From: a virus
Lineage: Duplodnaviria; Caudoviricetes
DNA length: 64,000 nucleotides
Virus record (IMG/VR): IMGVR_UViG_3300045284_000385
Coordinates: 1,908-65,907 of that record
Reading direction: 5' to 3' (one strand)
Position 1 is the stretch's first letter, and every line of letters starts with the position of its first letter. Position numbers and translations under genes: made by a program. The notes under the pieces were generated by a model, which was not told where the DNA came from, searched no databases, and saw only the letters and a program-made list of their open reading frames with translations. Below are positions 18,617-28,022 of the stretch, in pieces.

Positions 18617-18638
18617 AAAAAAGCCAGCCGAAGCTGGC
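18617..18638 (-). terminator. Intrinsic terminator after DUF932 gene
   Basis: GCCAGC-TTCG-GCTGGC-TTTTTT on minus strand. Confidence 0.8.
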
Positions 18639-18647
18639 CCCCTTTCG

Positions 18648-19739
18648 TTAGTTGGAAGAAATTGGTTGATCCAGGATGGTATCAAGAGAACTGCTTGGAC
18701 TCGAGAAGGTCTGGTTTCTCTTCAGAAACGTTCTCTGTGCTCCGGTGGTTTCCTGTAGAAGGACCTCGACGGCCTGTTGCTTCAGCTGATTGCCTACTCC
18801 GAAAAGGGCTGAGCTGGCTGCTCTCAGTTCATCCTCGCCGTAGCTTTTTCGGTGGTCAGTGTAGTTAGTGATTGCGTTCAGCATGTTGAAGGCAGACCCG
18901 CGAGTTTCAGGAAATGCGTTTCCGTCGTTGTCATCGTAAATGCTCAGGATCTCGGCGAGCAGGTTTTCTCTCTTCGTGAGGGAGGCCTTGATCGCTGGGC
19001 TCAGTTTGCCGCTCTCTGATTCGGGCAAGGGGAAGAGTTGATCAAAAACGCGCTTGCTGCTGGCGGTATCCATCTTTCGGCTGGCCAGTTCTTCAAGCTT
19101 TTCTTTGACCTTCGAAACGTTCGCCGCGGTGCCGGCCATCATGTCCCGAGCTGATTGCATCTTGATTTCCGAGTTCTTCGTATGGCGGATCTTGGCGACG
19201 GCGTTCTTCGACTGTCCATTAATGGCCATGTTCAAAGTGTTCTGGCAAACCACGCGAACCGTCGTTAACTGGCATTGACTGGCTGAACTGCCGTCATGAG
19301 AAGTGGTAAACAAGAGATAGGTCTGATGAGCATCCCCGGTTCCAGCTATGTCGAAATCAAAAGGAATCTTGGCAAGGCACCAAACTCGCTCACCACTGCC
19401 GAGGGCCCCGGCGCTTTCGTAATGGGCACCCTTCTCGACTTCCAGCAAGGTATCGATAAAGTCAAAGCCGGACTTGTTCTGAATTGGCTGGTAGGTAGAT
19501 CCGACCGCGCCTAAGAAAGAAGTGTTGTCATCTCGGAAGATACCCCAGGCCGGCACCGGCTGGCCGGCATAGTCTAATTGCCTTTTACTGACTGTCCAGT
19601 TCAGACCGGCTAACTCGATAGCCTGCTCCCAAGTTTGGCAACTTTGGACCAATTGGCCCAGTTTGTGCCAGGGCACCGAACCCGCTGCGAACATCTCATG
19701 CTTACCAGTGGTTTTGTTATAGGATAGATTGTGAGCCAT
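18648..19739 (-). CDS. DUF932 (phage/plasmid-like TIGR03299) protein
   Basis: MAH...PWHKLG, YQPIQN, ESAGALGSG, SHDGS, VRVVCQNTL, IRHT; AAGGAG RBS. Confidence 0.92.
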   Translation of the reverse strand: MAHNLSYNKTTGKHEMFAAGSVPWHKLGQLVQSCQTWEQAIELAGLNWTVSKRQLDYAGQPVPAWGIFRDDNTSFLGAVGSTYQPIQNKSGFDFIDTLLEVEKGAHYESAGALGSGERVWCLAKIPFDFDIAGTGDAHQTYLLFTTSHDGSSASQCQLTTVRVVCQNTLNMAINGQSKNAVAKIRHTKNSEIKMQSARDMMAGTAANVSKVKEKLEELASRKMDTASSKRVFDQLFPLPESESGKLSPAIKASLTKRENLLAEILSIYDDNDGNAFPETRGSAFNMLNAITNYTDHRKSYGEDELRAASSALFGVGNQLKQQAVEVLLQETTGAQRTFLKRNQTFSSPSSSLDTILDQPISSN

Positions 19740-19770
19740 GATCAAAGTCTCCTTTTTGATTGTGGTTTTT

Positions 19771-19813
19771 GGCCTGCTCGGTGTGAGCGCATCGGGCGGG
19801 CCTTATTTGTTTT
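19771..19813 (+). terminator. Possible plus-strand hairpin/terminator
   Basis: 13-bp stem (with G-U pairs, plus strand only) 19771-19783/19790-19802 followed by TTATTTGTTTT. Confidence 0.35.
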
Positions 19814-19840
19814 CCTACTGTTCTTCTCACTTACAAATCA

Positions 19841-19869
19841 ATAGTACCGTATACGGACCACTTACGCAA
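19841..19869 (-). promoter_or_regulatory. Sigma70-type promoter of the DUF932 operon with palindromic spacer
   Basis: TTGCGT-17 nt-TACTAT; CCGTATACGG palindrome at 19847-19856. Confidence 0.7.
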
Positions 19870-20178
19870 ATCAATTCAGCATGAATAATGTTGATAACAG
19901 GAGCGGGAAGCATAAGAAGAACTGGGGTCAGGAAATCACGGTTTGAAGGCTGAGTACTAGTCAATTAGTAGACGAGCATCCCAAGCGACTCTTGGCGAAT
20001 AAACTTGACAGGACTTTTGCGAAAGCGCAACTTCCTTACGCCGTGGCTGTAGTGAATCCATCAGATTCGATTTTGCCGTCGCCTTGAAAGAGCAGCTTCG
20101 CTGCGGGCTTGTAGAAATCGCGGGGCAAGACTGCGCCATCCTTCCTCTTTATCCATCGTCCCCCATCCATAAATTCTG

Positions 20179-20222
20179 TTGACAGTCAATCCATAAGAGC
20201 AGTTAATCGAAAGTGAGATCAG
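20179..20222 (+). promoter_or_regulatory. Putative late promoter 1
   Basis: TTGACA then TCGAAAGTGAGATCAG; motif shared with 26619-26663. Confidence 0.5.
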
Positions 20223-20590
20223 CATTAACGGGACTTCATCACATGAATCTCTCCGATTGTCGCTTCTATCACCACGGATATGCTCTCAGCTTCTCGGTGT
20301 TCTCAGACGTGCCCGCCCTCTGCCGATTCATTAATCATTTGGAATTCTTTGAAGAGTTGCGAGGGTTTTCAGGGGGAATTGATGTTTACGAGGTTCAGCC
20401 AAAAGCTGATGCTCATTGGGTTGTGATCGTCGAGAAGCGATATCAGGAGCGAGGTGATCAGCAAGAAAAGAAATATCGAGTCTTTGTTCGACATGGTCAC
20501 GAGTATCGAGAGTCGCACAACGCAAACGTTGAGGCTTTCGTGAAAGAGCATATCAAGAGCACGATCAGAGGTTTAGAGAGGGCGAGCTAA
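20213..20590 (+). CDS. Hypothetical protein
   Basis: First ORF of the rightward packaging operon; start may be 20243. Confidence 0.6.
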   Translation: MRSALTGLHHMNLSDCRFYHHGYALSFSVFSDVPALCRFINHLEFFEELRGFSGGIDVYEVQPKADAHWVVIVEKRYQERGDQQEKKYRVFVRHGHEYRESHNANVEAFVKEHIKSTIRGLERAS

Positions 20591-20606
20591 AGAAAAGGAG
20601 TTCGGC

Positions 20607-20963
20607 ATGGATCGACGAGATTTTTTCAAGAAGGCAGTTGGTGGTTTGACCGTTACCGCATTCTTGCCGGCCGCTTTGGTTCAGCTTGGAGCTGAGCACA
20701 AAGGTGGAAAGGAAACGAGAGATCCGATCGCATTGATCGGAATTGACAAGCATTCAGAATTCCAGCCGGTTTACGATCTGAAAGAACAGGATTATCATTC
20801 GTGGGTGTTCCCTGAGAAAGTTGATGAGGTCCGCGGCTTTGTGCTGCTTGATCCCAAAGTTCCTGGAAAGTTGCTCTTTCGCCACGATTTCGAGGGTGGC
20901 CCACATCATATTTTGCTGAATGGCGATGAGATCAGAGTAAAGCTCGATCTGCATTTGATTTGA
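20607..20963 (+). CDS. Protein with twin-arginine-like N-terminus
   Basis: MDRRDFFKKAVGGLTVTAFLPAA; AAGGAG RBS. Confidence 0.7.
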   Translation: MDRRDFFKKAVGGLTVTAFLPAALVQLGAEHKGGKETRDPIALIGIDKHSEFQPVYDLKEQDYHSWVFPEKVDEVRGFVLLDPKVPGKLLFRHDFEGGPHHILLNGDEIRVKLDLHLI

Positions 20964-20991
20964 CTTCAATCTATAAGGGGCTTCAAGGCGA

Positions 20992-21555
20992 ATGGGGATT
21001 CCGGTCAGCAAGACCAAAGAAGAGCGGGCTAAACGACTTGCAGAAGTGGCGAGCCTTTACCTTTCAGGAACGCGCCAAGGCAAGATCGCTGAGAAGATGG
21101 GTGTCGACCCGTCGCAAATCACCTACGACATTCGAGTCCTTCACAAGAAGTGGAAGGAATCATCTATCCGGGATTTCGACGAAGCTAGAGGCAAGGAGCT
21201 TGCCAAGATCGATGAGCTTGAGAGGGAATACTGGGAAGCCTGGACGCGGTCCCAGAGAATTCGGCAGATCACCAGCACGAAGAAAAAGCAGGGGACTCTT
21301 CAGAGCAGCAACGAGGCGTCTCTTAGAAAAGAAGAACACGACGGCGACCCGCGTTTCCTGCAGGGCGTGATGTCCTGCATTGTGAAACGTTGTGAGTTAT
21401 TAGGTCTGAATATGCCTGAGAAGGTGTCGTTGACCGATCCAACTGGGACCAAAGAATATGCTGCAATGCTCCTCACCGATGACGAGCGAGTGGCGCGACT
21501 TGTGGCCGTATTTGACGGAGCAAGAGAAAGAAGAGATCGACCTACTATTAACTAG
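20992..21555 (+). CDS. terS: Terminase small subunit
   Basis: N-terminal HTH, GDPRFL...RCELLGL; overlaps terL. Confidence 0.8.
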   Translation: MGIPVSKTKEERAKRLAEVASLYLSGTRQGKIAEKMGVDPSQITYDIRVLHKKWKESSIRDFDEARGKELAKIDELEREYWEAWTRSQRIRQITSTKKKQGTLQSSNEASLRKEEHDGDPRFLQGVMSCIVKRCELLGLNMPEKVSLTDPTGTKEYAAMLLTDDERVARLVAVFDGARERRDRPTIN

Positions 21556-22987
21556 TGGGTCGCTTCGATCCTTCATCCGTCGAGCCTGGCACGTAGTCGA
21601 ACCTTCGCGGGACTTTATCGCTTCCTGGCATATCGACGCCATTGCAGAACATCTCGAGGCAGTTAGCCGCGGCCAGATCCGAAACCTTCTCATCAACGTT
21701 CCACCTCGTCATTCGAAGAGTTTGTGTGTCTCGGTGTTTTGGCCGTGCTGGAATTGGTCACGCAAGCCTGAAGATGCCAAGACAATGATTGGGCCCGGGA
21801 CCCGTTGGCTCTTCACGTCGTTTGCTTTGGGTTTGGCAATTCGCGACTCGCTCAAATGCCGGCGCCTCATCGAGTCCCCGTGGTATCGATCCTATTGGGG
21901 TTCACTGTTCCGGTTGGTCAGCGATCAAAATCAGAAGTCTCGATTCGAAAACAGCCAAGGGGGGTACCGTCTATCGAAATCCGTCGGAGCTTCGGCGATC
22001 GGTGAAGGCGGCGACTTTGTGGTATGCGACGATCCGCATGATCCTCATGAGGTTCTTAGTGAGCTGCAACGTGAGACGGTGTTGACCTGGTGGGATGAAG
22101 TGATGTCAACGCGTATGAATGATCCGAAGCGCGGTGCGAAGGTCATCATCATGCAGCGAGTTCATGAAAAGGATTTGGCTGGGCATGTCTTACAACAGGG
22201 AGGCTACGAGCATCTTTGTTTACCTACGGAGTTTTCGATAGCGCGAAAATGTGTAACGTTTCTTGGTTGGTCAGATCCGCGCAAAGAGGAAGGCGAGTTG
22301 CTCTGCCCGCAGCGTTTCGGCGAGAACGAAGTCGCAGAGGCAAAGAAGACGCTGGGGTCTTTCGGTTATAGTGGCCAGCATCAGCAAAGACCATCGCCGG
22401 TCGAGGGCGGCCTGGTCAAACGCGCTTGGTGGAAATTCTACAACGGCAATCTGCCGAAGCGATGGGATGAAGTCATCCAATCTTGGGACATGGCTTTCAA
22501 GGATACGAAGGATTCGGCCTACGTGGTGGGCCAGGTTTGGGGGAGAAGAGGGGCTGACAAATACCTGCTCGATCAGATCCGAGAGAAAATGGATTTTGTT
22601 GCGAGTGTAAAAGCTGTGCGGACTCTGAGTGACAAATGGCCATCGGCTCACGCGAAGCTGGTAGAGGATAAGGCGAACGGGCCCGCGGTCATTGCGACTC
22701 TGAAACACGATATCCCTGGACTGATTCCGGTTGAGCCGCAAGGTGGCAAGGAAGCCCGGGCCTCTGCCGTGTCACCGGATATTGAGGCTGGCAATGTGTA
22801 CCTGCCAGACAAAGAGCAAGCCCCCTGGATTGATGATTTCATTGAAGAATGGGCGAGCGCACCGAACGGTGAATACTGGGACCAGATTGATGCCTCAAGT
22901 CAGGCGTTGCTCAGACTTAAACAAAGGACTATCCCGTCGATCGGAGAGAGTCAAACTCTGCACACTGCTTCGAAATGGAAAATATGA
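21479..22987 (+). CDS. terL: Terminase large subunit
   Basis: LINVPPRHSKS, VCDDPH, IIMQRVH, QSWDMAFK, VEDKANG, DQIDA. Confidence 0.96.
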   Translation: MTSEWRDLWPYLTEQEKEEIDLLLTSGSLRSFIRRAWHVVEPSRDFIASWHIDAIAEHLEAVSRGQIRNLLINVPPRHSKSLCVSVFWPCWNWSRKPEDAKTMIGPGTRWLFTSFALGLAIRDSLKCRRLIESPWYRSYWGSLFRLVSDQNQKSRFENSQGGYRLSKSVGASAIGEGGDFVVCDDPHDPHEVLSELQRETVLTWWDEVMSTRMNDPKRGAKVIIMQRVHEKDLAGHVLQQGGYEHLCLPTEFSIARKCVTFLGWSDPRKEEGELLCPQRFGENEVAEAKKTLGSFGYSGQHQQRPSPVEGGLVKRAWWKFYNGNLPKRWDEVIQSWDMAFKDTKDSAYVVGQVWGRRGADKYLLDQIREKMDFVASVKAVRTLSDKWPSAHAKLVEDKANGPAVIATLKHDIPGLIPVEPQGGKEARASAVSPDIEAGNVYLPDKEQAPWIDDFIEEWASAPNGEYWDQIDASSQALLRLKQRTIPSIGESQTLHTASKWKI

Positions 22988-23169
22988 TCCTTTACTGGCT
23001 GATCAAGAGAGCTTGGTACCGTCATCTCTGGAAACAGAGACGAATCAACGTTGGCCAGTTCTTTAAGGCAATGGACGGTTTGCCGTTCTGGCTTGATAGG
23101 GGCACGCAGACGGTGCTGTCCAAGATCAGTTGGAAGATTTACAGGTGGAAACATGAAACGCAACGGTGA
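22984..23169 (+). CDS. Small hypothetical protein
   Basis: ATGA-coupled between terL and portal. Confidence 0.45.
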   Translation: MILYWLIKRAWYRHLWKQRRINVGQFFKAMDGLPFWLDRGTQTVLSKISWKIYRWKHETQR

Positions 23170-24478
23170 TGCAGTCCTGAAAGCAGCCAAGCCTGATGAT
23201 GCCTTCAAAGAAATCGGGCTGAGCGGGTTAAACCGAATCTCTGGCTTCATTCAAGAAGAGTTTCTCCGTGACCTGAAAGGCCAGCGCGCGCTCAAGATCT
23301 TCAGAGAGATGGCGGACAACGATCCGATCATCGGAGCCATGCTGTTCGCGATGAAGACTCTGATTCGCCGTGTGCAATGGAACGTGCAGCCAGGCGGCCA
23401 GGATCAAGAGTCTTTACGCGTGGCGGATTTGGTAGAGACCTGCATGTCCGACATGTCAATGTCGTGGGATGATGTCATCTGCGAAATCTGTACCATGTTC
23501 GTGTTTGGCTACGCGCCGCTCGAGATCGTTTACAAGCTGCGCCAGGGCGAGAGCAATGATCCAATGCGTAATTCTCGTTTCACTGATGGCATGATCGGCT
23601 GGCGCAAACTTCCTATCCGTTCGCCTGAGTCTCGTTATCTCTGGGAGTTTGATGAGAATGGAGGGATCCAGGCCTTTTCGCAGATGCCCCCACCGGATTT
23701 CATGGTGCGAACGATTCCGATTGAGAAGTTGTTGCTCTTCAGGACCACGACCGAGAAGAACAACCCAGAGGGCAAGAGCCTTCTGCGAAACTGTTATCGA
23801 CCTTGGTATCTGAAGAAGAATATCGAGCAGATCGAGGCGATCGGCATTGAAAGAGATTTGGCCGGCCTTCCTGTTGGATGGGTGCCGGCTGAGATCCTGA
23901 GCAATACTCCCAGTGTAGAAGCAGCCGCAACAAAGACCAATCTTGAACAGATCATTCGGAATATTCGTCGAGACGAGCAAGAGGGCGTGCTCTGGCCTCT
24001 GTCTTATGATGCCGATGGTCATAAGATTTTCGATCTGACACTCCTGTCAACAGGCGGTGGTAGACAGTTCGATACCACAGCCATTATCACGCGCTACGAC
24101 CAACGGATTGCCCAGAGCGTAATGGCGGATGTCATCATGATTGGTCATCAGAAGGCCGGATCATTCGCTCTCACTGAATCCAAGATCGAACTGTTTGCCA
24201 GCGGGCTCAAGGCATTCGTCGATGGTATGGCGGACGTGTTCAATAGGTTTGCGGTTCCTCGCCTGCTAAGAATCAACGGGCTCCCCATCCAGAATCAGCC
24301 TATCCTGAAGCATGGGAGTGTCGAGCAGGTGGACCTGGACAAGCTTGGAACTTTCGTACAGTCACTTGCGGCTGCTGGCGCCCCACTCTTCCCGGATGAA
24401 GGTCTGGAAAACTATCTGCGCGAAGTTGCGAGTCTCCCACAACGGGAGGATACTGCGGATGGCGGTGTGCAGGGATGA
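23153..24478 (+). CDS. Portal protein (DUF935/Mu gp29-like)
   Basis: After terL; NPEGKSLLR.CY.PWY.K, IGIERDLAGLP, GSFAL. Confidence 0.9.
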   Translation: MKRNGDAVLKAAKPDDAFKEIGLSGLNRISGFIQEEFLRDLKGQRALKIFREMADNDPIIGAMLFAMKTLIRRVQWNVQPGGQDQESLRVADLVETCMSDMSMSWDDVICEICTMFVFGYAPLEIVYKLRQGESNDPMRNSRFTDGMIGWRKLPIRSPESRYLWEFDENGGIQAFSQMPPPDFMVRTIPIEKLLLFRTTTEKNNPEGKSLLRNCYRPWYLKKNIEQIEAIGIERDLAGLPVGWVPAEILSNTPSVEAAATKTNLEQIIRNIRRDEQEGVLWPLSYDADGHKIFDLTLLSTGGGRQFDTTAIITRYDQRIAQSVMADVIMIGHQKAGSFALTESKIELFASGLKAFVDGMADVFNRFAVPRLLRINGLPIQNQPILKHGSVEQVDLDKLGTFVQSLAAAGAPLFPDEGLENYLREVASLPQREDTADGGVQG

Positions 24479-24651
24479 AAGCAACTCAACTTATCAAAAG
24501 GCTTGAGGAGTTAATTGCGGAGCATGGAGACTGCGATATCTTCTCCGAAGCAGACTGGGAAGAAGTTGGGGTAGTAGAGCACTGCCCTAAAGGTGAGCAT
24601 GTAGCGGTTGATAAACCTTACTTTATACTTCAGTGGGCGAGAGAGGACTGA
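24475..24651 (+). CDS. 58-aa hypothetical protein (not in ORF track)
   Basis: ATGA overlap; MKATQLIKRLEELIAEHGD. Confidence 0.6.
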   Translation: MKATQLIKRLEELIAEHGDCDIFSEADWEEVGVVEHCPKGEHVAVDKPYFILQWARED

Positions 24652-24659
24652 GAGATCCC

Positions 24660-24899
24660 ATGACCAGTTCATTAGCGTTCCCTCCCGAAGAAACTCCCGA
24701 AGAGATGATTCGAAGAGCTGCCAAGCCAGACGGCAGTCTCGATGATCTTAGAGGTTATTTATGGTGGTATCCAAGGCTCGATCATCCTGAAGGAGCCACA
24801 TTAGATGGAGTCTTTACAGCAGGTGAACTGCGGGCGATTGCTGATTGGATGGATACCCATATGCCAGAAAAGAAAGATCAATTTCAGCCGAGATGCTAG
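24660..24899 (+). CDS. Hypothetical protein
   Basis: LDGVFTAGELRAIADWM phage motif. Confidence 0.6.
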   Translation: MTSSLAFPPEETPEEMIRRAAKPDGSLDDLRGYLWWYPRLDHPEGATLDGVFTAGELRAIADWMDTHMPEKKDQFQPRC

Positions 24900-25840
24900 T
24901 CTTCCCACGCCCATTGATGACTTGGCCCTCCGCTTCTTTCATCCAAAAGAAGACCGCTCCGACTCCACCATACAAGGTCATTCAGAATATCGCTGACAGC
25001 TTTGAACCGAAGCTGAGGAAGGCCATCATTGAATCCATTGCCGCAACCAAGGACGCCGTGGTCCTGGTGAAGGTTCAGCGAGCACTGGAGAGCGGTGACC
25101 TTGCAGCGGCTGAGGCTGCGATACCGTGGGACACGGTTTCGATTGACGATTTGCAAACCGAAGTCACGCGCGTGTTGCGCGATACGATGGAGCAATCCGG
25201 GATCGCTAGTGAGGACCTATTGCCATCAGCAACGGCTTTGCGATTCGACATCGTGAACCCTCGCGCGATCGAGTGGGCTCGGAACGAATCTGCGACTCTC
25301 GTGACTCAGGTGTCGGATGAGACGCAGCTTGCCATTCGAAACATCATCACTCGCGCATTCGAAGAAGGAATGCATCCGTATGTTTCGGCGCGACTGATCC
25401 GAGACCAGATTGGGTTGACGGATCGGCTAGCGGCCGCGGTGGACAATTATCGGAAGGGACAGATTGCCGCCGGGGTCAAGCAAGAGAAGGTAATCGCTCG
25501 CGCGGCGCGGTATGCCAGGCAACTACTGAACTATCGGGCAAAGAATATTGCCAGGACAGAAACACTTCGTGCTAGCAATATGGGACAACAGGAGCTCTGG
25601 CGCCAGGCTCGGGACGCAGGCCTGCTCGACTCTTCGTTCAAGAAGGTCTGGCTCACGACTGAAGATGATCGGACCTGTGATATTTGTATCGAGATGGACG
25701 GCCAGATAGTCAGCCTTGAAGGTAGTTTCACCGGCTACCGGAGGAATGCGCAGGAGCAGATCGCGGAGATCTACACCAGCCTGACGCCGCCGATCCATCC
25801 CAGTTGCCGTTGCGCGATAGTGGCTGATTTCGGAAAGTGA
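24893..25840 (+). CDS. Minor head protein (Mu gpF/SPP1 gp7-like)
   Basis: RAKNIARTE, KKVWLT..DDRTC..C, PPIHPSCRC. Confidence 0.92.
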   Translation: MLVFPRPLMTWPSASFIQKKTAPTPPYKVIQNIADSFEPKLRKAIIESIAATKDAVVLVKVQRALESGDLAAAEAAIPWDTVSIDDLQTEVTRVLRDTMEQSGIASEDLLPSATALRFDIVNPRAIEWARNESATLVTQVSDETQLAIRNIITRAFEEGMHPYVSARLIRDQIGLTDRLAAAVDNYRKGQIAAGVKQEKVIARAARYARQLLNYRAKNIARTETLRASNMGQQELWRQARDAGLLDSSFKKVWLTTEDDRTCDICIEMDGQIVSLEGSFTGYRRNAQEQIAEIYTSLTPPIHPSCRCAIVADFGK

Positions 25841-25847
25841 AGGGGAA

Positions 25848-26126
25848 ATGTACGAAGACAAATTGACCACGTTTAGCTATTACATAGGTCAGGATCTGAA
25901 CCCCCCTTTAACCTCTAATCAAACCGATGCCCTGGCTCAAGCTCTCCAGGTTACCTTAGACCAATTCCTCGCAGCCATTGCTGTGGAAAATGAGAAACCG
26001 GACGAACCCGTGGATCCAGAAATCACAGCAGCATTGACCGTGCTGAAGGAAAAAGGATGTACCGCAGAAGACATCATCAAGGGGATGGACGCCATTCCGG
26101 ATGTTCCAAGTGAAGTTGTCCCATGA
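25848..26126 (+). CDS. Hypothetical protein
   Basis: AGGGG RBS, acidic 92 aa. Confidence 0.6.
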   Translation: MYEDKLTTFSYYIGQDLNPPLTSNQTDALAQALQVTLDQFLAAIAVENEKPDEPVDPEITAALTVLKEKGCTAEDIIKGMDAIPDVPSEVVP

Positions 26127-26138
26127 CTCCTCAAAAAA

Positions 26139-26366
26139 ATGAAAATCTATATCGCCGTCTGCTGCAACCGTCATACTGATGATGATATCAAGCTGTTCAC
26201 CACCGCGGAGGCCGCCATTGTCTACTGCCAGAACTTTATCAGGGACCAAGAAGCACGACCATGCGACGTTGAGGAACAAGATGTCTCAGAAAATTGGATT
26301 TATTATTGCCTTTACACCGCCGAAGGGGACAGCGTGAGAGTCGAGGTTGCGGAGCTGGAAATATGA
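26139..26366 (+). CDS. Hypothetical protein
   Basis: 75-aa ORF coupled to the next. Confidence 0.6.
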   Translation: MKIYIAVCCNRHTDDDIKLFTTAEAAIVYCQNFIRDQEARPCDVEEQDVSENWIYYCLYTAEGDSVRVEVAELEI

Positions 26367-26608
26367 AAGTCATTTTCCGGTACAAGAAGAAAGTGCTTTG
26401 CAGCTATCCGGCTCAGTGCGGTGTCGTCGAGTTTACTTTCATGAATGGGAATAGTTTTCGACAGACACCGACTGAGAAAGATCTTAACTACGAGGCAACG
26501 TTTGATGTGGAGAATTTAGTGTCATACGAGGGTATGAGTCCGTTCAAGGGCATGATACCCGCAGAAATAAAACAGACTCTTGATAAACACTTTGGAGGAG
26601 GTCTCTAA
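26363..26608 (+). CDS. Hypothetical protein
   Basis: ATGA overlap, GGAG RBS. Confidence 0.55.
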   Translation: MKVIFRYKKKVLCSYPAQCGVVEFTFMNGNSFRQTPTEKDLNYEATFDVENLVSYEGMSPFKGMIPAEIKQTLDKHFGGGL

Positions 26609-26618
26609 AAAATACTTC

Positions 26619-26663
26619 TTGACAAAACTCCGCATTAACAGTGAAGGTCGAAAGTGGAATCAG
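26619..26663 (+). promoter_or_regulatory. Putative late promoter 2
   Basis: TTGACA then TCGAAAGTGGAATCAG. Confidence 0.5.
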
Positions 26664-26712
26664 TTTTAGTTATCATCTCTCTCCAATTCATAAGAAGTAT
26701 GAATACCTCAGA

Positions 26713-27105
26713 ATGAAGCTCAACACCAAAAGCGCGATCGTCAAGGTAGATCCTGATCAGCGGCTCGTCTTCGGATGGTTCTCAGTGATCGAGGAGAATG
26801 GCCAACCTGTAGTGGATTCGCAGGGAGATGTGATCGATGAGGTTGAGCTTGAAAAGGCTGCTTATGACTTCGTGTTGAACGCCCGGGTTGCCAGTGAGAT
26901 GCACAAGAACATCGGCATCGGTGACTTGGTTGAGAGCATGATGTTCACGAAAGAAAAGCAGAAAGTTCTTGGAATCGATCTTGGCAAGGTGGGCTGGTGG
27001 GGAGCCTTCAAAGTGAGTGATGATGCTGTCTGGGAATCGATCAAGAAGGGCGAGTATCCCGCGTTCTCAATCGGTGGCCAAGCTGAAAGTCGGGAGGCTG
27101 CCTGA
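26713..27105 (+). CDS. XkdF-like prohead protease domain protein
   Basis: QRLVFGW, VDSQGDVI..ELEKAAYDF, EMH, VES, IKKGEYPAFSIGG. Confidence 0.88.
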   Translation: MKLNTKSAIVKVDPDQRLVFGWFSVIEENGQPVVDSQGDVIDEVELEKAAYDFVLNARVASEMHKNIGIGDLVESMMFTKEKQKVLGIDLGKVGWWGAFKVSDDAVWESIKKGEYPAFSIGGQAESREAA

Positions 27106-28022
27106 TGGATAATAAAGCGAATCTGTTAGCAGCGATTCTTCCTGGAGCAGTCGTTAATTTGGCATGGGGAGCCTCAACCGATGATGTTGGAGTTGTTGGA
27201 TATGAGATTGAGAGATGTTCTGGAGTCAATTGCGCAGGATTCGCTAAGATAGGCACTGCTCCTGCTACTTCCTACATTGATTCTACTGTTATCGTGGGGA
27301 CTTCTTATTCCTACCGAGTGTTGGCAGTCGATACGGATGGGAATAAGTCGCCCTATTCCAATGTGGTGACTGTTCTGGTCCAAGACATATCTTCCGGCAC
27401 GGCGCCAACTGTGCCAGGTCAGTTAACTGTTTCGGTTACGATCTCAGCTATTCAACCGGTTACTCCGCCACCCCCACCGCTACCTCCACCTGCTTGGACA
27501 CATTCAGACATTGGGAATGTTGGCATCTCTGGAAGTGCCGACTTTGGAACTTCTACCTTGACCGTAGCCGGATCAGGTGCAGATATCTGGGGAGCAGCCG
27601 ACGCCTTCCATTTTCTCTATCGACCGCTAAATGGAGACGGCCAGCTTATCGCACGAGTCGCGAGTGTGCAGAATACTAACGTCTGGGCTAAGGCCGGAGT
27701 GATGATTCGAGAGACGCTGGCGCCATATTCCAGTAACGCTATTATGTATGTTGCACCTAACGGAGCCAATTTTCAGATCCGCCCTAAGACTGGGGACCCC
27801 AGCAGTTACATCGTTGGAACAACGTTGACAGCTCCATATTGGGTGAAGATTGTACGGTCTGGAAACGTTCTTACTGGCTACCATTCCGCTGATGGGATTA
27901 CCTGGAAGCTCGTTTCGTCCAGCACCATAGTAATGGTTCCAAATGTTTTCCTAGGTTTGGCGGTGACGGCGCACGACAATACTAAGCTCAATACTTCGAC
28001 ATTTGACAATGTGACACCATAA
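27105..28022 (+). CDS. FN3 + poly-Pro linker + ConA-like (DUF1349-type) protein
   Basis: VNLAW.ASTDDVGVVGY...YSYRVLAVD; orphan TAPTVPGQLTV strand; GSGADIWGAADAFHF...WAKAGVMIRE. Confidence 0.85.
   Translation: MDNKANLLAAILPGAVVNLAWGASTDDVGVVGYEIERCSGVNCAGFAKIGTAPATSYIDSTVIVGTSYSYRVLAVDTDGNKSPYSNVVTVLVQDISSGTAPTVPGQLTVSVTISAIQPVTPPPPPLPPPAWTHSDIGNVGISGSADFGTSTLTVAGSGADIWGAADAFHFLYRPLNGDGQLIARVASVQNTNVWAKAGVMIRETLAPYSSNAIMYVAPNGANFQIRPKTGDPSSYIVGTTLTAPYWVKIVRSGNVLTGYHSADGITWKLVSSSTIVMVPNVFLGLAVTAHDNTKLNTSTFDNVTP

Noticed and set aside
20005-20160. TTGACA plus small hairpins as an ncRNA
   Set aside because: No recognisable family or clear terminator; stems are short
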